Below are positions 27,942 through 37,823 of a stretch of 64,000 nt of DNA, piece after piece. The stretch is from an uncultured Aminicenantes bacterium (GTDB taxonomy: Bacteria > Acidobacteriota > Aminicenantia > UBA2199). Position 1 is the stretch's first letter, and each line of letters starts with the position of its first letter. The DNA lies in assembly GCA_965195285.1 (NCBI GenBank), contig CBDAFS010000003.1:1-64000 (forward strand), written 5' to 3'. The notes below the pieces were generated by a model. That model had not been told where the DNA came from. It made no database searches and worked only from the letters and a program-made list of their open reading frames with translations. The position numbers and the translations under genes were made by a program.

Positions 27942-29210
27942 CTACACTTTTAATTCGGTTCGAAACGCTTCTACCGGAGACATCTGGGCCGATTTGAATG
28001 CCGGGTAGAGAACCGCCAGCAAGGTAACCAGTATTCCAAAAATCATGGCCCCGATCAGGATCGCGAAACTGAAATCCGGATAGATGAATCGTCCATAAAA
28101 CGGGACAGGAATATCAATTTTATCCATCATCCCGCCTGAAAAAGCGGCAAAATCAATGCCCACTTTTTCCACATAGGCGGACAATGCTCCGCCCAGAATA
28201 CCTCCCATTACGGCTCCGATGATTCCGATATAAAATGCCTCCGAAAGAACCATGAAAAACACCTCCCGATTCTTGAAGCCCAGGGCCTTGATCACCCCGA
28301 TTTCATGATATCGTTCCATCACCGCCATCAGCATGGTATTCAGTATTACCAGGCCGGCAATAAACATAACGACCCCCATTATGACATTGTATATACTGGA
28401 AACCATAGGCATCAATTCAATAAATTCATTCTGCTGCCAGGGAATGACCTTGTATTCATGTCCGGACTGGCTATCATTCAGTATGGCTCCCACTTTTCGG
28501 GTCACTTCAAAGGACCTCCCCGGATCATTCAGATAAATCAGAATCTCATGCAGCGAATCGCCGCAATCCAGCATCTCCTGGGCTTTTTTCAGCGGGATAT
28601 ATAATAAATGTTTATCAAACACTGAATATCCGGTCTCGAAAATGCCCGCAATCGTGAAGGGTAACGCATAGGTGGAATAATTGATATCCGTGGTGACAAG
28701 CAGGAGTTCCTCTCCAACTGTAACCTTAAGTTCTCTGGCCAGTTTTTTTCCGATGATTAAATTCAGTCCGGATTTATTCAAATATTCTCCTTCGACAATG
28801 GATTTGGACAATTCCAAAAATCTGTCACTCATTTCCGGATTTATCCCGATGGCAACCGCTGCTTCGGTGTTGCTGCTGTGGCTGAGCAGCACATTGAATT
28901 TGATCCGTTTAATAATGGAATCAACACCTTCAAGTTGAGAAATTTCCCGGTACAATTGAGCTGTGTCATTGACCAGATATTCTTTGGGAAGAATACGTTC
29001 CAATCGCAGATATTCACTGTGGACAATTCGAACATGTCCGATTTGAGTTCTCACGATGGTATTGCTGGCCCCGCTTAAAATACCGGCTATGTAGCTCTTG
29101 GCAAAAATAATGGAAAAGACACCGACAACAATTGCCGTGAGAGTCAGAAAAGTCCTTCTTTTATTTCTCCAGATATTTCTCCAGGCTAGTTTTAATAAGT
29201 TTATGATCAT
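27942..29210 (-). CDS. ABC transporter permease (LolE/FtsX/MacB family)
   Basis: LAWRNIWRNKRRT; NTMLMAVMERYHEIGVIKALG; PVEA. Confidence 0.9.
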   Translation of the reverse strand: MIINLLKLAWRNIWRNKRRTFLTLTAIVVGVFSIIFAKSYIAGILSGASNTIVRTQIGHVRIVHSEYLRLERILPKEYLVNDTAQLYREISQLEGVDSIIKRIKFNVLLSHSSNTEAAVAIGINPEMSDRFLELSKSIVEGEYLNKSGLNLIIGKKLARELKVTVGEELLLVTTDINYSTYALPFTIAGIFETGYSVFDKHLLYIPLKKAQEMLDCGDSLHEILIYLNDPGRSFEVTRKVGAILNDSQSGHEYKVIPWQQNEFIELMPMVSSIYNVIMGVVMFIAGLVILNTMLMAVMERYHEIGVIKALGFKNREVFFMVLSEAFYIGIIGAVMGGILGGALSAYVEKVGIDFAAFSGGMMDKIDIPVPFYGRFIYPDFSFAILIGAMIFGILVTLLAVLYPAFKSAQMSPVEAFRTELKV

Positions 29211-29222
29211 CTTCTCCTCCTG

Positions 29223-30500
29223 TTAAATATGCCTCAGAGCCTGAATGGGATTCATTTTGGCTGCTTTGCGGGCCGGATACATACTGGCCAATACGGCAAT
29301 GAGAGTTCCAAAAACAAAGGTCATCAACAGGGTGCCAAAGGTCAAGTCCGCAAAGTAGACATCCTTTACCGGATAAACGGATTCCATCATTCTTTCCAAG
29401 TTGGCGCTTTTGGTCAGGAAGGACATGGACCAGCCTTTAACTTCCAGATACCAGCTTCCCAGCCCTCCCAGCAGGCAACCCAGCAGGCTGCCGAATATGC
29501 CGATGAACCCGCCCTCGAAGATGAAGAGTTTCATAATCTCACCCTTTTTCATGCCCAGAGCCGCCATCATGCCGATCTCCCGGGTACGCTCCAAAACCGC
29601 CATCAACATGGTATTGATTATTCCCATGGAGGCGATAAACAACAGGATGAAGATAATCATCCCGGTCCCCTTGCTCTTCATCTGGCTGATCATGAGAAAA
29701 TCACCGGCCAGATCCTTCCAGGAATAGACTTCAAGGTTCAGGTTTCTTGATTTCAGTCGCTCCCGGATTCCAGCCATAACCCGTTCGATAACCCGGTCAT
29801 CGCCGGAGTTCAGCCGGACCACGATTTCAGTCACATCTGTTTCCAGGCTCAAACCTTCCTGGGCAATACCAAGTGGAATGATGATTCTCATATTATCAAC
29901 GGTCGGATTCCCGGACTCAAATATTCCCTTGACTTCCAGATCCATGGCATTCCAGCTGAAATCCTCCTCATCGGATGAGGTAATCATCCGTACCGTAATC
30001 AAATCTCCCACCTTCAACCCGATGTCCCTGGCCAGATCTTTCCCGATCAGGACTTTTGCCTCCCCGGGCTGCAGCCATTCCCCTTCCAAAATTGACTCCT
30101 TTATATTGAACAGATCGGGATCCTTGTCCGTCTCAACGGCAACCCCGAGACAGGGTAACTCATCCACACCTTTAATCAAACTTGCGCCGAACAGAATTCG
30201 ATTCTCAGTCGCCTTGACATCCTGAATTTCGCCGATCAGTTCATGAACCTCCTCGGATCTATTTATGGTCAAATCCATGGGAACCTTATCCTTGCGGTCA
30301 AAATACCCTTTTTGAAAGATTTTGACATGAGAGGTCTGACAATTGATGATATTGGAAATGGATTGTTGATCGATTCCGTCCAGAAGACTGATTGAAATCA
30401 CCAGCAGGGCCAGCCCAATCGAAATGGCTGTCAGGGTAATAAAGGTTCTCCGTTTAAACCGGAACACATTGCGAAATGCCAACTTGAGTAAACTTCTCAT
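29223..30500 (-). CDS. ABC transporter permease (LolE/FtsX/MacB family)
   Basis: LAFRNVFRFKRRT; NTMLMAVLERTREIGMMAALG; PIQALR. Confidence 0.9.
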   Translation of the reverse strand: MRSLLKLAFRNVFRFKRRTFITLTAISIGLALLVISISLLDGIDQQSISNIINCQTSHVKIFQKGYFDRKDKVPMDLTINRSEEVHELIGEIQDVKATENRILFGASLIKGVDELPCLGVAVETDKDPDLFNIKESILEGEWLQPGEAKVLIGKDLARDIGLKVGDLITVRMITSSDEEDFSWNAMDLEVKGIFESGNPTVDNMRIIIPLGIAQEGLSLETDVTEIVVRLNSGDDRVIERVMAGIRERLKSRNLNLEVYSWKDLAGDFLMISQMKSKGTGMIIFILLFIASMGIINTMLMAVLERTREIGMMAALGMKKGEIMKLFIFEGGFIGIFGSLLGCLLGGLGSWYLEVKGWSMSFLTKSANLERMMESVYPVKDVYFADLTFGTLLMTFVFGTLIAVLASMYPARKAAKMNPIQALRHI

Positions 30501-30502
30501 GA

Positions 30503-31192
30503 TTACCCCCTTTTCTCATCGGATTCGATTTTTCCGTCTTTTAATTTGATGAGCCGATGGGCAAAGTCCATGACCATCTTATCATGGGTGGAAAATATGA
30601 AGGTGGAGTTGGTTTTTTGATTTAGTTCCAACATTAATTCCAAAATCTCTCTTCCGGTCTTGGAATCCAGGTTGGCCGTGGGTTCATCGGCCAGTATCAA
30701 TTGGGGTTTCTTGACCAGTGCCCGGGCCACAGCCACCCGTTGCTGCTGGCCTCCGCTCATCTCAGAGGGTTTCCTGTTGAAAAAATCCTTGAGCCCCACC
30801 TCGGTCAATATATCTTCGACCATGGATTGGCGCTCTTTAAGACTCATATTACCCTTGAGAATCAGGGGAAACTCAACATTTTCAAAAGCCGTCAGTATGG
30901 GTATCAAATTAAAGGTTTGAAAAACAAATCCAATGTTATACCGACGGATATTGGCCAGTTCAGTACTCTTCTTGGCGCTGATTTGTTTTTCATCCAGGAA
31001 CACTTCTCCCCGGGTGGGAACGTCCAGGCAACCGATGATATTCAATACTGTGGTCTTTCCGGAACCGGAAGGACCCGCAATAGATAAAAACTCTCCCGGT
31101 TCCACAGAAAAGGAAATATCATTAAGAGCGGGAAATGAAATGTTATTGGTTTTATAAATTTTTGAAACGTTCTCAACTCTTATGATCGACAT
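30503..31192 (-). CDS. ABC transporter ATP-binding protein (LolD-like)
   Basis: GPSGSGKT, MSGGQQQRVA, ILADEPTANLD, STHD. Confidence 0.93.
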   Translation of the reverse strand: MSIIRVENVSKIYKTNNISFPALNDISFSVEPGEFLSIAGPSGSGKTTVLNIIGCLDVPTRGEVFLDEKQISAKKSTELANIRRYNIGFVFQTFNLIPILTAFENVEFPLILKGNMSLKERQSMVEDILTEVGLKDFFNRKPSEMSGGQQQRVAVARALVKKPQLILADEPTANLDSKTGREILELMLELNQKTNSTFIFSTHDKMVMDFAHRLIKLKDGKIESDEKRG

Positions 31193-31203
31193 GTAAACCT
31201 CCT

Positions 31204-32343
31204 TTAGAAATTTATTTTGAGCCACAAAAAAAATGCAGGTGAAATTTCTTGGTATTCCCCGTCCTGGGGAACAGAATTGAACTCCCCCCCGGATTGACCC
31301 AGAGGAAGATAGAAACCACCGGCTAACTGAATATTTTGACCCAGTTCATATCGAATGACCGGGCTGATTATATATGAACCATCACCCCAGTTGGCGATAT
31401 AACTCAGTGAGACAGAAAATAAATTTGAAAACCCGTAACTCAGCATGGACAAAAAATATTTGCGGCCCAGTGTGAAACGTTCTCCTGAATAAAGCAACTC
31501 ATAATCATGCTCACCTATACTATCGGCACCACTGGAGTCATAAAAAAATTCACTCAGCCAGTACAGTCCGTTCCCCAACGGAAAAGTATAATCAAAGCCT
31601 AACACCAGTTTTAAGTCGTTATTCTCGCAGGTTTTAAAAATACCTCCCTCAATCCACCAGCCGATAAAATTTTCACCCCTGATATCCAAACCATAAACCG
31701 TTGTTCGGGTAATCCCGGAACGGATCAAGGTCAGGCCCATATCTACACCCACAACCTGGGTTTTGGCCCGCAACGCATACCGGGAAGTTTCAAAATTGTT
31801 ATCCGGTGAAAACACACCCATGATTCCGGAAGATGCTCCCAGGGGGACATAGATTTTAGCGGCATTGGCCCCGGGCTTTTCCTCTTTGGGTTCCAAAATA
31901 TTAACCCGGTTGAAGATATCCAGCGGTGCCCACAAATAGGAGACTCCCAGCGCTATCCGTTGTTTCCCGATGGAAATATCAAAATGTTTGAAATATAGAT
32001 CCACATAAGCCCGATCCAAGTTGATACTTAGACTTTCAATGTCCACTGATTCCGGTTGGTCGTATGTCCCCGGCGGTTTGGTAATAAAACCATAAAAAGT
32101 AAAAAAATCAATGGCAACATTCACTCTCACCTTATCAGACGGGGAAGCCATGAGAATGAGCCGGAGCCGGTTGTAATCCCCCAGATTGAATTTCTCACCA
32201 ATATCACACCATTCCACTTCCGGTTCCAGGGCCAGGTAAAACCGGTTTTCGAAGTACCCGGATACCTCAATCCCTGCCGGCAGGATCAAAACCCCCATCC
32301 ACATGACCATGATCATAATTGAAAATATTTTTTTTACATTCAT
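31204..32343 (-). CDS. Outer-membrane beta-barrel protein of the Lol-like ABC operon
   Basis: Signal peptide; LDRAYVD, SIGKQRI; C-terminal LKINF. Confidence 0.7.
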   Translation of the reverse strand: MNVKKIFSIMIMVMWMGVLILPAGIEVSGYFENRFYLALEPEVEWCDIGEKFNLGDYNRLRLILMASPSDKVRVNVAIDFFTFYGFITKPPGTYDQPESVDIESLSINLDRAYVDLYFKHFDISIGKQRIALGVSYLWAPLDIFNRVNILEPKEEKPGANAAKIYVPLGASSGIMGVFSPDNNFETSRYALRAKTQVVGVDMGLTLIRSGITRTTVYGLDIRGENFIGWWIEGGIFKTCENNDLKLVLGFDYTFPLGNGLYWLSEFFYDSSGADSIGEHDYELLYSGERFTLGRKYFLSMLSYGFSNLFSVSLSYIANWGDGSYIISPVIRYELGQNIQLAGGFYLPLGQSGGEFNSVPQDGEYQEISPAFFLWLKINF

Positions 32344-32344
32344 T

Positions 32345-32452
32345 TCAAATGAGATTACCCCTGCTTCTTTTCTTTCCGCTCAATTCCTGACCAGGTAAGA
32401 ATGGGACCATCAAAGCGATTACCACCAAAACCGAAATGATTATTCTTTTCAT
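32345..32452 (-). pseudogene. 35-codon remnant of an exported protein gene
   Basis: AAGGAG RBS, then MKRIIISVLVVIALMVPFLPGQELSGKKRSRGNLI*, i.e. a signal peptide and almost nothing else. Confidence 0.5.
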
Positions 32453-32474
32453 GGGTTTTCTCCTTTTTTTATGG

Positions 32475-33164
32475 TTATTTGTTCATTTCTTTTGAAAACA
32501 TCTCGATGATCCGCCTCTCAACCACGGAAAAAGATCCCTCCGGAGCTCCCAATATGCGTTCAACCGACCGCTCGTAAACCTTTAATCGCCTTTCGATTTT
32601 ATCCAGATTTTCCGGCTTTTTTTCTGCCTCCAAGAGCAGTTTAACCGTGGATTCGCTTAAACTTAATGACATGGAGAATATCAATTCAGCGGTTTCAACT
32701 TCATCTGCAGGATTAAAATGACCTTCCTCAATTCCCTGCTTAATGACTTTAACAAATTCAGGTGTTAACCATTTAAGGCTCTGCTGAAGCATCTTGTAAC
32801 GCATGATTAAATTTTCATCCCTGTACATTACTTTCATGAGCATTTTCATCAATTCCATGTTCTCAACTTTATAATCCCGTATGGTTATAAAAAATTGATT
32901 TAATTTTTCCAGAGCATTGATATCCGGTTTTTCCACTAATTTATTTACCCGATCTAAGGTGGCCCTGGACCAGCGGTCAACTATTTTATCCAGCAGATCA
33001 TCTTTGGAACTAAAATAGTGGTAAAAAGTACCTTTGGCCACGCCGACTTTTTCAATGATATCGTTGACAGAGGTGAGTTCATATCCCTTTTGGAAAAAAA
33101 GCTGCTGGCCAACATCCAGTAATTCGTTTAATCTTTCATCATATTCTTTGGATACTCGAACCAT
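32475..33164 (-). CDS. TetR/AcrR family transcriptional regulator
   Basis: LFFQKGYELTSVNDIIEKVGVAKGTFYHYFSSKDDL; AGGAGG RBS before ATG 33164. Confidence 0.93.
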   Translation of the reverse strand: MVRVSKEYDERLNELLDVGQQLFFQKGYELTSVNDIIEKVGVAKGTFYHYFSSKDDLLDKIVDRWSRATLDRVNKLVEKPDINALEKLNQFFITIRDYKVENMELMKMLMKVMYRDENLIMRYKMLQQSLKWLTPEFVKVIKQGIEEGHFNPADEVETAELIFSMSLSLSESTVKLLLEAEKKPENLDKIERRLKVYERSVERILGAPEGSFSVVERRIIEMFSKEMNK

Positions 33165-33175
33165 GAGCAACCTCC

Positions 33176-33239
33176 TGACCGAACGTCGGTCTAGACCGAC
33201 CGTCAGTCTAATAATAGTATAAATCTTTTTATCTGTCAA
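33176..33239 (-). promoter_or_regulatory. Promoter with tandem palindromic TetR-type operators
   Basis: TTGACA(33234-39)-N17-TATTAT; operators TAGACCGACCGTCAGTCTA (33192-33210) and TGACCGAACGTCGGTCTA (33176-33193). Confidence 0.75.
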
Positions 33240-33297
33240 CCTTTGTTGAAAAATAAAGTAAATTTTATCGTTTGGTTTGCGATCAAATCCGGGTTTA

Positions 33298-33624
33298 CTA
33301 ACCTGACGGTTTCTTTATGATGATCAGCGGATCATCAGTCCATATATTATCTCCATCAAAGACCGCAACCATATATTTTACAATTTTCAGGTGATCAGAT
33401 CCGGGTTTCACCGGAATCGTGGTGGTAACCTTTTCATTATTCTGGGCCCTGAAACGTCCTTTCTCAAGAGGTGAATCCCTGCCAATATGAACAGCAAACG
33501 GGTGTCCCTCAGGACAATTCCACTCAATGGTATCACCGGGATCGATATAAATTATCTCATTTCCATGATAATCGAAATTCCCGTCTTTAACCGTAAACGA
33601 GATAGTGTGTGATGTAGACATCAT
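33298..33624 (-). CDS. Small beta-sandwich (cupredoxin-like) hypothetical protein
   Basis: IDPGDTIEWNC, KYMVAV, DDPLIII; AGGAGG RBS. Confidence 0.55.
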   Translation of the reverse strand: MMSTSHTISFTVKDGNFDYHGNEIIYIDPGDTIEWNCPEGHPFAVHIGRDSPLEKGRFRAQNNEKVTTTIPVKPGSDHLKIVKYMVAVFDGDNIWTDDPLIIIKKPSG

Positions 33625-33682
33625 TCCTCCTTGTTATTCTATTTTAATATTTAAAAAAATTTCATTTAAACACAATTTCAGT

Positions 33683-36277
33683 TCAATCAGTGATGTTTTT
33701 TTCTACCCATTTCTGGTAGAGTGGATCCTTTTGCAAATCAAAAAGATCCGGCTCCCGTCTTATATCCTCCAATGAACCATAACGTATCATATATTCTCCC
33801 ACAGCATTTAAAGCTTTCTGCCGCTGTTTCAAAAGCTCAAAAACCATGATCGATCTTCTTATAATTTCGGTTTCATTGGGGGCCAGTTCCAGTGCTTTTT
33901 CAATTAATTTGCCGGCCTGTTCCCGTTTTTTAATTTTTACCTGATAAAGAGCCAGGATGGAATAAATTTCAGCACTTGCCGGTTCTTCAATCAATGCCTT
34001 TTCAGCCAGCTCAATAGCCTGCCGATAAACAGTCATGGATTTTTCTTTGTATTCCGGTATCAATCGATAGGCATCAGCCAGATTTCCCTTTAAAATATAA
34101 TTATGTTGGTTTTGCCTGACCGCCTTTTCAAACATCCTGGCTGCATCCTGATAACGTCCGTGGAAAAAATATAAAGTACCAAGATTGGAAATTAAATCAG
34201 GATCCACTTTAATACGGTAAGAATTTTCGAACATTTCGAGCGCCTGATCCATTTTTCCGATGGTATAATAAATTCCTCCCAGGTTGATATAGCCAATATT
34301 ATTCTCAGGTGCCAGCTCAATAACCTTCCGGTACATTTGAACCGCCTCTTCGAGCCGGCTGTTTTTATAATAAAAATAACCCAGGTAATCGTAACCTTCA
34401 TAATAATCAGTTCTTGTATTTATTGCTTTTTTATAGCTTTCTTCCTCTTTCTTTGAATTTTGTGTAACCTCATAACCCTTAGCCAATTCCAAATAAGCAT
34501 AAAAATCCTCTGGATTGTCAATCAACACTTTATGGATTTGTTCAAACGCTTTATTAAATTGTCGCCTTTCCTTATAAATTTCACTTAGTATTATATGGGC
34601 ATGCTTTTCTCTTTCATTGTTTTTTAGTGCTTTATAACAATATGATTCAGCTTTTGAAATCCATTCCTGTTCTTTTGTCAATTTAAATTTATTCCAGTAT
34701 GCTTCAGCCAGCAAGGCATTGGCCAGACTATAAACAGGATCCTGTTTGATGGCCATTTTTAAACAATCAATGGCCATTTCAATATCCTGTGTTTTCATAT
34801 TTTTTGCCAGATAGCCGAGTCCTTTGATATAATTTTCAAATGCACCGGGCAAAGATGTGCCGGCGGCAATCAACCGGGATTGTATTTCAGAAGTCACTTT
34901 AATATCAAGCATATCCAGTATTTTCAATATCACCCCATCCTGCCATATGGAAAGATTGGTTATGTGTCCGGCCAACATTTCATATTTCATCTGCTGTTCT
35001 GATTCAGGATTCTCAAACTTAATTCCGAATTCGATCAAATTACCCTTTCGCCTTAATGTTCCTTTAATGATAAGATTTACAGCAAAAAGTTTCCGGGCGT
35101 CCTGCCCCGTTTTAACCTTTTTATTCTCCAATGATTGTGACGAGACCGTCCAGAAATCTTGTTCATATTTTTCCATCTGAATCAGTTTATCGGTTATCAT
35201 TCGAGCCATCCCAATCCCAAACACCCGCACAGCCGGATCGTCTCCATCAACAGAAAAAGGCAATACAGCCAGATGTTTCTGAGCCGGGACTTTATTGATA
35301 CCCACCCAATCCATTATCATTCTTCTGGAAGTTGGAATCACCAGGACAATGCCTAACAGTATTGATATGAGTAAAAACGGAAATAAGAATTTTCGCCTGG
35401 AAACCCGGAACTTCTTTCTGAAGGGGCCGGTCTTCAGTTTAGTGGTGTGTCTTTCCATGCCGAGCTGTTCCCTTAAATTGACCAGATCGGAACGTAATTC
35501 TGACATGGACTGATAACGGTCCCTGGTTTGCTTGCTCATACATTTTTTGATGATTTTGATTAGCTTTCTGGGAAGTTGTACCTCCAGGTCTGAAAATCCG
35601 GAAGGGTCCTTTCTGACAATCGAATAGACCATTGAACGGGGTGAATCACCACAAAAGGGAAGCTTTTTGGTTATAATTTCATACAACACCACTCCCAGAG
35701 ACCAGATGTCGGTTCGGTGATCCACATTTTCTCCGCTGGCCTGCTCCGGTGACATATAGGCAGCCGTTCCAACCGCAATACCGGTTCTGGTCAGGCTGGT
35801 ATCACCCCCAAGCTTGGCCAGCCCGAAATCAAGAATTTTGACTTCTCCACGCGGGGTGATCATGATGTTGGCCGGCTTGATATCCCGATGAACAATGCCC
35901 GCTTCATGGGCCCTATTCAAGCCATCACAAATTTCAACCATAATGTCCAGTGTGGATTCCAGAGTCATTGAATCCTGTTCAATCTTCTGTTTGATGGTTT
36001 CACCCTCATAAAAAGCCATGGCAATAAACATCTGTCCTTTTTCGGTTTCATCAATCTCATAAATGGTACAGATATTGGGATGATCCAGAATGGAGGCTGA
36101 ACGGGCCTCATGGATGAAGCGTTGTTTGGCAATGGTATCCTGGGTAATGTCCATGGGTAAAAACTTCAAGGCTACGGTTCGCTTCAGTTTGGTATCCCTG
36201 GCCTTGTAGATGGCACCCATTCCGCCTTCGGCAATTTTATCAATGATTATGTAGTGGGATACGGTTTGACCTATCAT
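33683..36277 (-). CDS. Hanks-type Ser/Thr protein kinase with TM, TolB-N-like and TPR domains
   Basis: GGMGAIY, VALKFL, HRDIKPAN, DFGLAK, YMSPEQ; LAVLPF; multiple TPRs. Confidence 0.93.
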   Translation of the reverse strand: MIGQTVSHYIIIDKIAEGGMGAIYKARDTKLKRTVALKFLPMDITQDTIAKQRFIHEARSASILDHPNICTIYEIDETEKGQMFIAMAFYEGETIKQKIEQDSMTLESTLDIMVEICDGLNRAHEAGIVHRDIKPANIMITPRGEVKILDFGLAKLGGDTSLTRTGIAVGTAAYMSPEQASGENVDHRTDIWSLGVVLYEIITKKLPFCGDSPRSMVYSIVRKDPSGFSDLEVQLPRKLIKIIKKCMSKQTRDRYQSMSELRSDLVNLREQLGMERHTTKLKTGPFRKKFRVSRRKFLFPFLLISILLGIVLVIPTSRRMIMDWVGINKVPAQKHLAVLPFSVDGDDPAVRVFGIGMARMITDKLIQMEKYEQDFWTVSSQSLENKKVKTGQDARKLFAVNLIIKGTLRRKGNLIEFGIKFENPESEQQMKYEMLAGHITNLSIWQDGVILKILDMLDIKVTSEIQSRLIAAGTSLPGAFENYIKGLGYLAKNMKTQDIEMAIDCLKMAIKQDPVYSLANALLAEAYWNKFKLTKEQEWISKAESYCYKALKNNEREKHAHIILSEIYKERRQFNKAFEQIHKVLIDNPEDFYAYLELAKGYEVTQNSKKEEESYKKAINTRTDYYEGYDYLGYFYYKNSRLEEAVQMYRKVIELAPENNIGYINLGGIYYTIGKMDQALEMFENSYRIKVDPDLISNLGTLYFFHGRYQDAARMFEKAVRQNQHNYILKGNLADAYRLIPEYKEKSMTVYRQAIELAEKALIEEPASAEIYSILALYQVKIKKREQAGKLIEKALELAPNETEIIRRSIMVFELLKQRQKALNAVGEYMIRYGSLEDIRREPDLFDLQKDPLYQKWVEKNITD

Positions 36278-36453
36278 CGTCTCAATTCCATACTATGAAA
36301 TCTGACCTTGACCTGAGAATCTTCATCTCCGGAAAAGTAAATCACTTGAATACGGGTTTTCATAACAATTCCGATTTTCAAAACCCTAAATCAATACGTC
36401 CCAACCCTTTTACATCATATATTCAGGGTTTACTGATTATATTTATTATGAGA

Positions 36454-37305
36454 CTATTTCTTTGAAATCCCGTCTATCTTTCCAGGTAAAGATAAAATGG
36501 CCCGGACAATATCCACAACCAGATAATACAATACGAAAACGATGTAGGCAATAAAAGGCAGGAGACCGGCTGTCAGAATTGACATCGCATTGGCATTTCC
36601 CGAAATCCAGGCTTGTGAGATTTTTGCATCACTGAAGAGCCCAAATGAATCGATAAACAACATGATAGTCCCAATGGCGACACCCACCCCAAAAAATATT
36701 GGCACCAGCTTCATCAAACCCTTGATAAAAAAAGTAACAATACCAATCGCTTCCTGGCCGGCTGAGGTCTCTTTAACAATTTCTATGGTAATGGTTTTGA
36801 AATTGAAAGAAACAATGGCAATGAATTCAAAGAATACAAAAACACCCAGTCCCATCAGGAAGGTGTTGAAGTCTCCGGTTCTGATAAGGCCGATAAGATG
36901 TATAATAAAAACAATCAATCCGGCAATCACGAAAATAAAGGCGACGCAGTCCAGAAAGGCCCTGGATGCCAGGCTGGTGGAATTATTTTTAATCAGATTC
37001 TCACCCGCATTCGAGAACCTGTGGGCAATGTACTGTACCACCATAACCACAAAAAGCCATGCAATCCCGATTAAAAAAGCATAAAAATCATTGACCCGAA
37101 TCGCATATATTATCGCAAACAAAAATCCCAGAATGGCCGCCACAATAAGGCCGAAATGTCCGATGACCATAACCCATTTCAAAGTAAAACCCAAAACCTT
37201 CTCTGAAAACAGGGTTCTCAGAAATTCAATCAATTTTTCAATTAATCTGACTCCAAAAAGGTGACCCTTGATTTCCCCTTTTTTGCTCTTTGCTTTTGCT
37301 ACCAT
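36454..37305 (-). CDS. Polytopic membrane hypothetical protein
   Basis: About 6 TM helices; AGGAGG RBS; upstream TTGACA/TATAAT. Confidence 0.7.
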   Translation of the reverse strand: MVAKAKSKKGEIKGHLFGVRLIEKLIEFLRTLFSEKVLGFTLKWVMVIGHFGLIVAAILGFLFAIIYAIRVNDFYAFLIGIAWLFVVMVVQYIAHRFSNAGENLIKNNSTSLASRAFLDCVAFIFVIAGLIVFIIHLIGLIRTGDFNTFLMGLGVFVFFEFIAIVSFNFKTITIEIVKETSAGQEAIGIVTFFIKGLMKLVPIFFGVGVAIGTIMLFIDSFGLFSDAKISQAWISGNANAMSILTAGLLPFIAYIVFVLYYLVVDIVRAILSLPGKIDGISKK

Positions 37306-37823
37306 GTTGCCTCCTGTTATAAAATTAATATCCATTACATATTATATTTTCAAAAAAAAGATGTCAAGCTTCAGCATTAAGATTTCTATCTCCACCCTAC
37401 ATCGCCTGACTTTATTTTTTCACCCGTAAATATTATAATGCTGACACCCATGTCATTTAAATTTAAACTTCTCCTGTCTCTGTTTATTTTCTGGTTAACA
37501 ATATTCTGAAACTAAAAGAGGGGCAAAGATGGTGGATTCATTTTCATGATCATGAAACCTACGACATATTTTTTCAAACCCAGGAAACCAGCTGAAGTTC
37601 GATGTCCATTCATTCAAATTGGATTCCGCCCCGGAGGGAAGCCCGCGATTCGGTCTGCTGAAAATACTCATCTCTCTGGCCAACAGTCAGGCCCTTTTCA
37701 GCAAGCGGATTAATCTGAATTGATTGAATTACGGTAAAAGCCATTATATCAGGAGGAATCGGTCAAATGCAAAGTATGCCCATTTAATCAGGAGTTGAAA
37801 TACATAAAACCACAATGTCGTCT

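Noticed and set aside
28305-31157. Multiple plus-strand ORFs over the ABC operon, and similar short antisense ORFs elsewhere
   Set aside because: Antisense shadows of well-supported genes, with no motifs or RBS.
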